From Neoconidiobolus thromboides FSU 785 (taxonomy: Eukaryota > Fungi > Entomophthoromycota), in the NCBI GenBank assembly GCA_025603075.1, contig MU626379.1, positions 1 through 63,433 on the forward strand: a stretch of DNA of 63,433 nt. Reading direction: 5' to 3'. Positions 11,386 to 25,984 of this stretch are shown piece by piece; the first letter of the stretch is position 1; the number at the start of each line of letters is the position of its first letter. The notes under the pieces are model-generated. The model saw only the letters and a program-made list of their open reading frames with translations, made no database searches and was not told the DNA's origin. The position numbers were made by a program, and so were the translations under genes.

Positions 11386-12356
11386 TTCTTCTTTCAATTA
11401 ATATAAAGCTTACGTGATGATCTTTCTATTTATAGTTTAAAAATTGAATTTCTAATCCAAATCTAAAAGTGACAAAAGTCCTAAAAATCGGATTTTTACA
11501 ATCAACCTTAATTTGTTTGACATTACAGAATTTAATTGTTGACAGAAATTCAATTTTTAGTGTTATGTTAGATAATTATGATATTTGAAATATCACCTAT
11601 GTATATTATTTGTAAAAAAAACTTAAAAAGCTAGAGCGTAAAGTAAATTTATAACATTATTTAACTTTACTCTGTCATTTTTTGTTCTTATTTTATAGCT
11701 ATTACTACCCATTCTATTTATTACCATTCTAAATATTAATCACCGTAAACTATTATGTGTTAATAAAAATTTCCACCCTTAATTACTAATCCAACTATAA
11801 AAAACTTCCACATAAAATAGCTTCCAGCTATCAATTTTTTATTTGTTGAAAGACCCATTATTACTTAGTCAATTTAACCCATCGTACCATTTAATTTTTT
11901 TTCATAAGAATAAAGTGACGATAAATATTCTTTCAATAGCCTTCAAACATTACTTAGTATTTCTCTTTTATATCTACTTTGCTCGAATTTCATAGTAAAA
12001 TATTTGTATTAACCATGGACAATATAAATTAATAGCAAACTTTTTAAAGAATAAGCTTCAAGATCTAGAGAATAAACTATATACTTAGCCAATAAAACAT
12101 TTCATTTGCTCAAATCAACCAATCAAGCACTTCAAATTATTGTTTCCTTGAATACCAAGAATATAAAATCCTGGCCATGTCAAAATCAACTGACTTATTG
12201 GACTCTCCCTACAGACTCAAAAGCAACAAATCAAACCACTAAATTAGGCCATCCAAAAGTTTACTAACCAAACTCAACATTTAACTTGATTTACTCAAAA
12301 ATTAATACTTGGATCTTTTTTAACCTTCCAACTAATAAAACAGATTAATTTTCAAT

Positions 12357-14092
<1,736 letters not shown>

Positions 14093-14236
14093 GATATATA
14101 AAAATACTCAACTATTTTTTAAAAATATTATATTCTTCTCTTTTTTATAATAAATTTTAATTTTTTTTATTAAGTTTTATTTTTTACAAGTAAAAAAGTA
14201 TTAAATTTAAAAAAATTAAAATGCTAGTTAGTGAAT

Positions 14237-16230
14237 TTAAAAAGCATCCGCATATGGATTCATAAGATGAGAATCTGGGAAAGTGGAAGTATCTTTTGAT
14301 TCATTTTGTTGAGTTGATTGAGTAGTTATACCTTTTGATGCTTCTTCTAATTTTGGTATAATATTTTGCCAGATTTGTAAACTCTAAAATGATGTTAGCT
14401 AAGAATAAAATCACAATGTAATAGAAACGTACATTTTTAAAAAAATCAACTTTGTTTTTTGAATAATTTACTAAAGCCTCTTTAAGGTCCACTGTTTTAG
14501 AATGTTGAAAGACTTCAAATTCCTTTTCTACTTCTTGATTAAATGCTTCTGATACTTCATGAGAACTTGAAACAGCTTCTTCTAACTGATAAATTTATTG
14601 TTATTGACTATCAATTTTTAATTAAATATTAATTTTACCTCTTTAATTTTCTCTTCACATTTAGTAATCCTTGCTTGTTTAGCTTGTTCTTGGTCTACTC
14701 CTTTCATACCTTCATACTTCTCTTTAAAAAAAGAAGATAACCCACCTGCTCTACCAGTACTTCGAATACGATCTAATTCAGATACTTGCGCTTGTAAATA
14801 ATCAGTAAGTTCTTCAAAATCTACTTGTTTTTGATCTCTCAATTTAAGTACTCCCTAATTGAATAAATATGATTTCAATTGTACTCAATATTAATTACTT
14901 TTACTGCATTCGAATAGGCCAAATACTCTCTTAAATGACTAAGGTAATACATATCTTCTGTTTTTACCTTTTAAACCAAGTTTAGTTATTGTTTATTACA
15001 CTATGTTATATTATATGAACCATACCAATCTCTTTATTTCATCTCCAAACTCTTCATTAACTTTTGCAAACAAATTTAATGAAGTAACCATACCCGTTTC
15101 TAATTCACCTAATGAAGCGACCGCTTTATTTAATTCCAAATATTCCATTTGAATTTCTATCAATCAAAATTAGCATGTAATATTTTTATGATTATTTCAT
15201 TATTACCAAGCTGTTTCTTTAATATCTTTTGATGCATCTTCTCAATTCCCATTATATTTTCTTCAAATTTATCCACATTTTCTTTAATATTAATAAATTT
15301 TTCATCCGCTTTTTTAACCCTTGAAAACGCATTTACTATAGAATCACTTAAATTTTCTAACATTCCTTCCCCTTTTACTTTTTCTACGGAATTCGAACTC
15401 TAAATCATTATGAATATTGGATTTGATTTATATATTAAATCTTTTACCCAATCTGGAGAATCTAAAAATTTTTTCAAATAGCTAGTACGTTGTAAAGTAG
15501 GATGGTTAGCTAATCTATTGAGGAAACGCTCCAAACTAGTTTAAAATTCATAAAAAAATGATCCAAAAACTTAGTAAACCAAACTTACGCCACTCTACGT
15601 TTTTCAATAAAATCTTCCCCAAATCTATCTCCAGTGACATATTCTATTCAACGATAAATCATCACTTTCGAAAAATTATCAAAAAACTTACCCAAACGAT
15701 GTTTCTCCGGCAAAGGAGGTATGACACAAGCAGGATAATCTTGAATTAATCCGTTATATAACCAAACAAAATCCATAAATCTTCTTCTAACAGAAACTTC
15801 TGGGGCCGTAAAGGAGGGCAAATTAGTCTAAATAAAGTTTAGTTTTTACTATACAATTATCCGAGCTTAAGCTTTACATGGGTAGTTATAAGATAACTTA
15901 TATGAGCATCACTAGTGCCTTCATTCTCTTTTTGAAAATTGGTAACGTAGATAGTCATTGGTACAATTCTAAGTTTATTCGCTTGTTCATCATTAGTGTT
16001 TAAAGGAACATCTTCTTTAATACCAGTGTCTTTACTTGAGCTTGCAAAGGGGATATCACTATACTAAAATTATTTTAAATGGTTGTTTTAAAAACAATAA
16101 TAATAATTACAGTCGGATTGTCTAAATTAGCTTCAAATCCATTACTTGTTTCTAAATTAAATGGGTTGCTAGCATTAGCTCCCTTATTGTCGGTTTCCCA
16201 TGCTACTGAACTATAATCAAAGCCATCCAT
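14237..16230 (-). CDS. SNX4: Sorting nexin SNX4/Atg24 (PX-BAR), multi-exon
   Basis: Starts MDGFDYSSVAWETD, includes PX-domain exons and BAR segments ELTDYLQAQVSELDRI and KGVDQEQAKQARITKCEEKIKE, and ends ...LQIWQNIIPKLE...PYADAF*. Confidence 0.85.
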
Positions 16231-16433
16231 TTTAAAAATATTAAAATTAAAAAAAGCAGTTCTTTTTTAAAAATGACTAAATAATTAGAAATTTTGCATG
16301 AACTAATTTATAGTTTATTTTAAGCAAAATTTTAAAATGAGAACACATAATTTAATTTAAATTTATTTTATTTTAAAATAAATGAATCAAAGGACAATTT
16401 TACTATATGATTAAATAGCTATCTTTAATAAAT

Positions 16434-18679
16434 CTATTTAGCATGGTCTTTTTCTGTAGCTTCATTAATACTTTTTGATACTGCAAGATATTTCTCACCA
16501 TGTTCTCGAAGGTTTTTGGCGTGTGATAAATAATCTTCTGTTAACTAAAAAACAATAAATAAAATGTCAAATAAACTTAAATAAACTTACATATGAAATT
16601 TCATTCTTTTGTTCACTTGACAATAACTGTTCATTATTTTTCTTAACAATTAAATCCAAATTAGCACGAATTGCGTTAATTTGTTCCCAAAGTTCTTTTT
16701 TCATTGCATTAAATTTTTCTTCACTAAGTAATCTTTTCTCTACTTCAGCTAATCCTTTCTTTAGTTCAATTTCTTCACTACTTAATGGTTCCCCTTCACT
16801 ACTTATTTTAATCAATTCTTTAGCAAGGTTGGTAGCTCTTTGGTCGATGTCTTCTTTACGTAATAATAGTTTTTGTACCCTTAATGCTATTTTGTCATGT
16901 TGTCTTTTTTCAAGTTCTTCAATTTTTGCATAAATTCCTTCAACTGCGTTATTTTTCTTTTCAATTTGTTTCTTTATCAAATCACTTCGGTTACTTAATC
17001 CTTCATAACCTACTACTGGTACTGGTACCATACTAATATATTATTATATTGTAACTATTATAAGATATTAATAACTTACCATCTTGGATCTGGATTCTCT
17101 CTTACTGCTTTTTGATAAGCTTCATTTTTAAGATCAATTACTGGGAAATATTCAATCGTACTTGGATGTACTAAATTATAAAAGTATTTCTAATAAAAAT
17201 TTTAACATCAATAATGTCATTTTTAAGATAAAATAAAATTACCTGAAATGTATAATTATTTGAATTTGGCTGTAAGGAACTTTCTAAGGCAATATAACTT
17301 TCAACAATTGATTCATCCTTAATTTCTATGCAAAATTTTTGCTATATTAATAATTATTAAAATATATCATATTATCATCTTACCTGTAACGATCCCCGAA
17401 TTTAGCAAGGCATTCTTCATTATAAGTTCTTCAAATTTGTTCATCCCATTTGGAGCTACTTGTTGTTGATTTAAATTGTTAGCTCCCATATTACTAGCAT
17501 TCTGCCCAAGAAATCCTGTTCCAGTACTTTGTCCAAACCCAGTACTCCCTCCAAATGATTTATTTAAACTTGATCCAAAACCTGTACTACTAGTACCAGT
17601 ATTTTGTCCGAATAAACCTCCTCCAGTGCTCTGTCCAAGAGTATTGGTACTAGTGTTTTGTCCGAATAGGCTTCCACCAGTACTTTGTCCAAGAGTGTTC
17701 GTACTAGTATTTTGTCCAAGGGTATTAGTACCAGTATTTTGTCCAAACAAACCTCCTCCGGTGTTTTGTCCAAGAGTATTTGTACTGGAATTTTGTCCAA
17801 ATAAACCTCCCCCGGTGCTTTGCCCAAGTGTACCAGTACCTGTACTTTGTCCAAAAGCATTAGTAGTTCCAGTGCTAAGTGTGTTAGTACCAAAAGCGGG
17901 TTTACTAGTTAATGTTGCAGTTGCATTTCCAAATCCTGTGTTGGTATTTTGACCAAATCCTGTATTTGTAGTTTGGCCAAAACCTGTACTAGTATTGATA
18001 CCTTGCCCAAAACCTGTGCTACTAGCTTGACCAAAACCTGTACTAGTGTTAATACTTTGCCCAAAGCCTGCTCCACTACTTTGTCCAAACCCTGTTCCAG
18101 TGCTAGCAGTTTGTCCAAATCCTGTACCACTACTTTGTCCAAATCCTGTATTGGTACTCATATTTTGTCCAAATCCTGTTCCTGTACTAGCAGTTTGTCC
18201 AAATCCTGTTCCTGTATTAGTAGTTTGTCCAAATCCTGTTCCTGTATTAGTAGTTTGTCCAAATCCTGTTCCTGTATTAGCAGTTTGTCCAAATCCTGTT
18301 CCTGTATTAGCAGTTTGTCCAAATCCTGTACCACTGCTTTGTCCAAATCCAGTGCCTGTGTTAGCACTTTGTCCAAACCCTGTTCCAGTGCTAGCAGTTT
18401 GTCCAAATCCTGTACCACTACTTTGTCCAAATCCTGTATTGGTACTCGTATTTTGGCCAAATCCTGTTCCTGTACTAGCAGTTTGTCCAAATCCTGTTCC
18501 TGTATTAGTAGTTTGTCCAAATCCTGTTCCTGTATTAGCACTTTGACCAAATCCAGTATTAGCACTTTGACCAAATCCAGTATTAGCACTTTGACCAAAA
18601 CCAGAGTTATTGCCTAAAATTTCATATAATTGTTATTTTTTATATTATTTGTTATTAGTTAGCTATTACTTGAAAACAT
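16434..18679 (-). CDS. NUP57: FG-repeat nucleoporin of the Nup57/Nup54 family, multi-exon
   Basis: MFS|SNNSGFG start, a long GFGQ/GLFGQ repeat region, then YQKAVRENPDPR|W..VPVPVVGYEGLSNR (Nup54 domain) and a C-terminal coiled coil. Confidence 0.85.
17480..18610 (-). repeat. Coding tandem repeat (FG domain), mostly 24- and 30-bp units
   Basis: Repeated GTTTGTCCAAATCCTGTTCCTGTATTAGCA units (ANTGTGFGQT on the minus strand). A ~170-bp block at 18079-18250 recurs at 18367-18538. Confidence 0.95.
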
Positions 18680-19452
18680 TTTTAATTAAGAATGGTAGAA
18701 TGATTAAAAAATATAGTCAAAAAAGTGAATTTTTTAAATGGGATTTCATTTGCTTTCACTTATTATTTTTAGCCAAATTTGATTGGTTTAGAATTTCATA
18801 GAAAGGTTACTTTTGAGCATGTCTACTTTGCAACATGGGTTGATCTAAAGTTTGTTTCAATTTTGGTTAATTTAAAATAACTCAAAACTATTTTTTATCC
18901 AGCTTTTATATTTTTAAAATTTGTGCCACATAGAAAATAGTTAAGAGTGAGGTTGAAGAATTTCATTAGCTTTATTCGAACTTTAAACATTACTCATATT
19001 CAATTTCTAGTAATTAATACTATATCAAAAACTTTATCATCATTCCTATTTAAGTAAGCAAATAATATAGTTTACTATACATGTAGCGAAACACCTTATT
19101 AACTTAATTTTCAATATTAGCAATAAAGAATATCTAAGAATCTATCCTTTATAAATCAACCATTTACTACATAAAAATGGATTTTGTTTCTAATCCATAT
19201 ATATAGAAAATATCACACCTATTATGAAATTGAAAACTATTATTTAGCTATGCTTAGTTGAGGCGTATATAGTATGTTTTTATATTGAGCAAATAATTTG
19301 ATGTTATGTGTTAGAATTTAATTAGAATCTAAGTGGATTTAAAATTAAATAATTTTATTCGGTAAGCTATTCAATTTCATCAAAATCTTTCATTCTACAT
19401 TTACCATAATAACAACTTAAAATAAAGTTCCAAAATTTTAATTTACAATACT

Positions 19453-21410
19453 TCAAATTATGACTTTAAAACTACATTTAAAATAAAATCCAGCGATGTT
19501 TCTATTTAACCTCTATTTTATTTTAGAATTTTAGAATTTAAATACTCACCCCTCCCGTTTCAATATATCTTCTTAAAGATGGTGGTGGATTATAACCCAA
19601 TTGAAACATTTCATCTAATGCAATATAAGCTCTTGGATCCCTAGCTTTAGCACATCTTCGAATTAGTGTAGCATAGAGATGATACGAAGGTAAATAGTTC
19701 TTCTGCTTCATTTCTTCAAGATATGTGAATGCTTCTTCATAATTGTGATTGGATAGTGTTAATGGAGCTAAAATTAATTGAATTAATTGTGTATAAGTTT
19801 CTTGATCTTTTGGGATGTTGTAAGAAGTCATTTGGGTTAGTAAAGCGTCTTTCTTGTCTATTGAATTTGATTTGGAATATCCTTTTAACATGATGTTAAA
19901 GGTATCGATATCTGGCGTTAGGTCGTCATTGGTTAATATTAAATTAAAAATTTCATTGGCTCTACCAACATCCATAATCTCCCAGTAGGTGGATAATAAT
20001 AAGTTATAGCACAATATAAAATTGATATTATTCTCTTTTAAAAATTGAAAAAATAGTTTACTTTGATGCAGATTAGTAATGAAATATTCTGTCATCTGGT
20101 TCCCCAGTAACTTGTACTCCAATTTTAAATGACTTTGTTCCATTAATTTTAATAAATAAATTGCTTTTTCATAATCTTCCATTTTGTTACCTTTGAGATA
20201 GCTCTCAATAATTGGTATAAAATGTTGTTCTTTTAAATTCACTTTGATTTTACTTAATGCTTTTAAACTTAATGTAGTTAACATAGTATCTCCATATCTC
20301 CCGGCTACATTTAAAGCATTTAAACAAGTACCTTCATCCAAATGGATACCTTTATTACTTATCAATTGAAATAAATAAGAGGAGCCTTTAATCTAAAAAC
20401 AGCATTAGTATATATAAACAATAAACAATAAGGATAAAGCTTACATGATAATTTTCCAAAAATAATCGAAGATAAGTAACTAAATGAATGGGATCGGAAG
20501 GTATTGCCCAATTTAAAATTTTCTTATTAGGTTTTTGAATTAATTCTAATACCAAATCAAATTGACCTAATTTACAATGAGTTATTATAATCATTTGATA
20601 AGTTTTATATGATAACTGAATGTCTTTTTTAGTTAAGTATCTCTCATAATATAATATTAAGGATTCATATTCTTTACGTAAAAAATACCCTTTTAGTATA
20701 ATTTCATAAGATTGGGAATTAAGTTTAATGTTTAATTCTTTCGCAATTTCTTTCACCAATTCTATTTTTAATCCACTATTGATGGCTATCTATATTGTTA
20801 TTTATTAATATAAAATTTTAATAAACTATTAAAAAGAAAAAACTTTCTACCTCCAATAAATGATTAATAGTAATAACATCTGGTGTTAATCCAAGGCTCA
20901 ATAAATCTTTTAACACATTTAGACTTAAATTAAAGTCTTTGTTAAATTGAATACTTGACAATATTAAATTAAAAGTGACTAAATCAGGTTGTATATTTTT
21001 AGTTTTGATCTTTTGGATGATTTTATAAGCTTCATCAAGTCGTTTGTTTTTTATTTTTGATTCTAAATCTCGATTGTATTTGCCTAATTCGTGACCTTGA
21101 TATGTATTCGTTAATGGTGTTACTTTAGCTGCTTCTTTTTTTATTTCCGCAGTTTCTATGATTTTATTGTTCTCTATCAAAGTACCGTCATATATATCAC
21201 TCTTGTTTTCTATATTATTATTATTTGCATTATTAAAATTACTGTCCTGATAATTGATTTTAAGTGTATGAAATTTATCTAAATTGAAAATGTCAATTAA
21301 ATTCTATCATATAATAGTTCAATAATAATATACCTACCTGTCTTTAAAAAAGTGGTTCTAATTAAATTTAGTTGATTTTTATTAATTAGTCTATAATATC
21401 TATTTATCAT
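19453..21410 (-). CDS. Pentatricopeptide-repeat (PPR) protein, probably mitochondrial; ends uncertain
   Basis: PPR motifs PDLVTFNLILS, PDVITINHLL, PDIDTFNIMLKGY and PSYHLYATLIRRC; basic N-terminal leader MINRYYRLINKNQLNLIRTT. The last exon is uncertain and the gene could end at 19538. Confidence 0.8.
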
Positions 21411-21560
21411 TTTTTAAAATTATTAAAAAAAGAACAAAAGAAATATTTGAGTAAATTTTTGAATTTAAAAAGTTCTAATATTAAAAGTGAAAATTTAAAA
21501 ATTTAAAATCAAATAATAAACAATTCTTAATTCTCTCTTATTATATCAAATAAATTTAAT

Positions 21561-21668
21561 TATTGGAGATGTATTTTTGTGCTTAAGAATTTTACTAACA
21601 ATCTTTCCACCCAAATAGTGCTTAAAAGATGGGAAAAAAAGTAATAAAACCAGAAAAATTATCCCCTA
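21561..21668 (-). mobile_element. MITE-like element, copy 5
   Basis: TATTGGAGATGTATTTTTGTGCTTAAGAATTTTACTAAC...CCAAATAGTGCTTAAAAGATGG...ATCCCCTA. Confidence 0.8.
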
Positions 21669-22231
21669 CTATTAATTTTTCAATTAACTTTAGTTTTTCA
21701 TAATGAACAATAGAATAAATTGAATCAACATAGACTTCCTCCATATTATTATTATATAGCTTAATAGCTCTTTCTTTGATTCTGAACTCTATATCATAAA
21801 TATCTATGATAATTTTATCAACTTAACAAATATAATATAATTTAAGATTAAATAAAATTTTAATTATTAAACTTCTTAAAAATATTAAATAATCTGTATA
21901 AATTGAAATGATTATAGATGGTATTTGACCATTAGTAATTAATTGTTTAACAATAAATATAGATAAATGAAAAGCAGGTGCATAATTAATAGTATATTTA
22001 AAATATAATATAAATCAGAATTTAATTTATATTTTAATAGTTGTTTTTATCTAAATTAGCAATATTAGAAGCTTGTTATAATTTACAAAAATAAAATAAA
22101 ATCTCATTGTAACTAATAGCTCTTTTTTGTTCTAATATCAATTAATGTCTTAGGCATAACAATTGTTTTAGAATAGAAGCCATAAACACAAATCCTTGGG
22201 ATTGTACATTATTAACAAAACATAAAAAGTA

Positions 22232-22334
22232 AATAGGAATGTTTTTTTGGGTTTATTGTTTTTTCTGTCTTTTAAGTACTATTTGAGTGGAAAAATTGCT
22301 AGTAAATTCTTAAATAAAAAAATACATCCCCAAA
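22232..22334 (+). mobile_element. MITE-like element, copy 6
   Basis: AATAGGAATGTTTTTTTGG...AAGTACTATTTGAGTGGAAAAATTGCTAGTAAATTCTT...ACATCCCCAAA. Confidence 0.8.
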
Positions 22335-22836
22335 CGTTATTTCATTAAATTTATCAATAGATAATATAATAATAATAATATTAATTATTAAATATATATA
22401 ATAGATAATACAAAATTGAATTATAACAATTATATATTTCTGTAATCTTAAATTATTTGTCATATAACTTTTTTTTATAAAAAAATCATAATGAATAAAA
22501 AATAGTGATATTAACACTTGATGTGATATTAAAGTTGTAATATAAGCTAACACTAAATAATGTAGCTTAATAAAAATATAAGTTGCCATAAAGAATAAAT
22601 TATTAATACTTACTATACTAATATATTTAGTATTAGTTGAAAGGCTGCTTTGTTGTTGTACAATTCCTGATCGTTTTTAAATACATTATATTCAATTTTT
22701 TCATTTAATTTATTTGGTATTTTAGTTTGTTAATTTTTTGAATATTGAAAATAAGTATAGTAATAATTATATTTTAATATCTCAAATAGTTAATTACATT
22801 ATCTTTAAATTTGCATAATTGCTATTTCAAATAAGG

Positions 22837-22942
22837 ATATGAGAGTGTTTTTTTTGACTTCATTATTTTTTCCATTTTTAAGTGTTATTTGAGTGGAAAA
22901 TTTGTTAGTAAAATTCTTAAACACAAAAATACATCCCAATAT
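22837..22942 (+). mobile_element. MITE-like element, copy 7
   Basis: ATATGAGAGTGTTTTTTTTGACTTCATTATTTTTTCCATTTTTAAGTGTTATTTGAGTGG...ACATCCCAATAT. Confidence 0.85.
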
Positions 22943-23334
22943 GTTAATAATGAGATAATAACTAAAAAACTGAAATATATTATTAAAAGTTAAAAGAAGT
23001 TTATGAATAAAACAAAATAGCTACGATATCAAATGTAAAGCTTTTCATTATAATTGTAATTTAGTAAAAATAATAAATTAAATATCAAGTGTTTTATTTT
23101 ATAACTATCTACACTTTATTTATAATAAGGTGAAACTTTGATTTAATAAAAATACCTTATTAATTAAAGCAAAGAGTTATATTTTTAATATTATAATTAA
23201 TCAATAAGAATTAGATATAATCAAAAATTAATAAAAAAAACTTCTATTTTATTTTTTTAGTATGTTGAAGGAGTTAGACTACTAAGTGGTTTATTGTTGG
23301 GTGTAGTAAAAAGTATAAAGAACCTAAAGGGGAA

Positions 23335-24979
23335 TTAACGTGGACGTTGAGCTGATATAGAAGCGGAGAGACTAAGAAATGCTGAAGAATTGTTTATTCT
23401 GGCTTCACTTAATTTCTTTTTTTTTTTCTTATATTCATTTTGAATATAATAATCAATTGCCATTACTCTTTCAGTTAATCTAGGTTTTTGATAATTTATA
23501 ATTGAATATAATTTACTAATCCTTATTTCTCCTAAATTAGTATAATAAGAACAAATTAAATTTTCTTTGACATTAATCTCATTGTCATAAGTATCAACAA
23601 TAGTTTTATCTATTTCAAAATAAATTGATCTTAGTATTAAATTAAAGAATATTTCAATTAATAGATTGATGGGTGATACAAAATAAATTATATAAACAAC
23701 AGCAACTATGACGGGGATGCTATCATTGGTATAGAATTGGGTTGTAAGCGTATTAAACAGATACATGTTAATTAACACAATTAAATTATCTTTTAAGCGA
23801 CAATTGAAACTATAGCCTAACTTTGATTGAATTAATTTAGTAGCTGAATAAAATTAGATCAATAATTAAAATAATAATAATAATTACCTATGATAATTAC
23901 TATTTCATCATTTGATTTATTATTTATTAATTCTTTACTTAATATAATAGTTTTATCATCAAAGCCATAAATATGTAATTTTAAAGATGAAAATATATTA
24001 CTAAGTTTCGATGGACTATTATTGATATATATTTTCTTTAACGGAATATTAATTGAATTACTTAATTTAACAATCTTCTCTTTTAAAAAACCTTCTTCTA
24101 GTTCAACTGTTCTTTTCATTTTATAATAAAATGGTGTTATTTTATGTGGTAGTATTATTGAATAAATAAATTGGAAAACAGTACTAAATAAGAATAAAAT
24201 AGAAATAAAAATTCTATTGATAATAATATAATAATTAAACTTACAATAATAGCCAACTAAAAGCTAATAATCTATATATACCAAATTCTTTGTTTATGTT
24301 TCTACTAGCAATTTCAATGATGACTTTTACTACTATAGATTGAAACATTGTTGAAATTAAACTTTTAATTAAACTCATTATAACTCCTTTACTATCCGCT
24401 TGATATTCTTTTATAATAAATATAGAGTTATGAATATCAAACGGTAAATTGAGTAAGGTGATCAATATTAAATATAAGTTAAAAAATAAAATAGATTGAT
24501 TTATCTAAATCAAAGAATAAATATTAATTAATGAGCAAATTAAAGATACACTTACAATATTTTGATATCCCACGGATTCTAATATACTCTTTGAATAATC
24601 CCATAAATAAAAAAAAGCATCAAAATAAAAAAAGGTTATAAACTCCAATAAACTAAAGATGGATTTGTAAAATCTTAATGCTGATCTATCCTCATTAACC
24701 ACTTGTATTTTTTGTAATACTTTAGAATGAATAACTCCCTCAAATTCATTAGATATTTCTTTTTCACTTGATTTCTGCCATTGAAAATAACTATAAGATA
24801 TCTCAGGTTTTTATTAGTTTAATGTACATTTACTATTACTTACTTTCCAAGGATTTCAATCAATGATATGCTGATAACAATATAATAACTCAATGGTATA
24901 AACTCTTCTGTAATTTTGAAGTTAATTAAAAAAATAGACTCAATGAATTAAAATTAATACCAAATGGAGAACCTTTCAT
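23335..24979 (-). CDS. Ste24/ZMPSTE24 (peptidase M48)-like membrane protein lacking catalytic residues, multi-exon
   Basis: Segments align in order to Ste24: YFQWQKSSEKEISNEFEGVI, LWDYSK, LPFDIH, ELEEGFLKEKIVKLSNSINIPLKKIYI, YGFDDKTIIL, NDEIVIII and YQKPRLTERV. No HExxH is present after splicing. Confidence 0.7.
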
Positions 24980-25877
24980 TATATTTAGTTTATAATCTCG
25001 ATAGCTTATATTTTTTGATATTAAAAACTAATGAAAACTTATATGCTTCTTAAATTTAAAAAAATCGATTACGTGTTTTAGAGCTAATGAAATATCTGTC
25101 TAATCTGGAGTAAGAAAACCCCTTATTATATATAAATGCTAAAAAATATTAGTATGATTAATGTCTAATAGGTGGTATTTAACTATTCTAGGTTAAAGGA
25201 GGCAATTTGTTTAATTATTATAGTAAAATGTACTAAGTATAAAAATTCAAAAATAAAAATAAAAACTATCTATAATACAGCTTAGCTGGGTTCATCTTGA
25301 ATTGAAAATAAAAAACAGCTTATTTAAAATAAAAATTAGGCCTAAATTTCTAGTAAAATTAGGCTTAAATTCTTAGTTAACAATTTTTACTAAATTTTAC
25401 TAAACTATAGCTTATAAATTGAATTAGTATTTTTTTCTTAGAACTTACTATGATCAATAATAAGTCGCTTTTATACTATTAAATTTAAAATGAAAAAGTC
25501 AAAAATCTCAAATATTTTAGCTTTCTCTTACTTTAAAATTATGTAGCTTATACTTTTTATTTTAAAATGTCTTTAACTAAGCCTAATTTAATATTATCAA
25601 TATAAGGAAAAGATACCAACAATAACAATAGTTAAAATGGTAGCACATCAGATAAATTTTATTAGAATTTAACTTTACAAGTTATTGAGTTAAGTAGCAA
25701 ACTTTAAAAATTAACCAATCAAACAACTGATTTTAAAAAATACCATTTTATTTTCAATTCAAGATGAACCAGGCTGTAAAAAAGAAATTAATTTGATTTG
25801 ATCCCATCAATAGAAACTTCAATTCAATAAAAAAAAGAACAAATTAAAAAATAGAGATGTCATTGAATTGTAATCAT

Positions 25878-25984
25878 TGATGGGGATGTATTTTTGTGTC
25901 TAACAATTTTACTAACAATTTTTCCACTTAAATAGCGCTTGGAAGGTGGAAAAAGTAATGAAGCCAAAAAAAACATCCCCAATG
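25878..25984 (-). mobile_element. MITE-like element, copy 8
   Basis: TGATGGGGATGTATTTTTGTG...AAATAGCGCTT...GTAATGAAGCCAAAAAAAACATCCCCAATG. Confidence 0.85.

Noticed and set aside
17949-18550. Regular ~30-bp repeats considered as a CRISPR-like array
   Set aside because: Units are contiguous with no unique spacers, lie inside a eukaryotic coding exon, and there are no cas genes.
17476-18617. Several long overlapping ORFs in alternative and antisense frames (CPNPVPVL, SKSCS and QEQDLDK repeats)
   Set aside because: These are by-products of a stop-free tandem repeat unit. Only the GFGQ frame joins a recognisable Nup54 domain.
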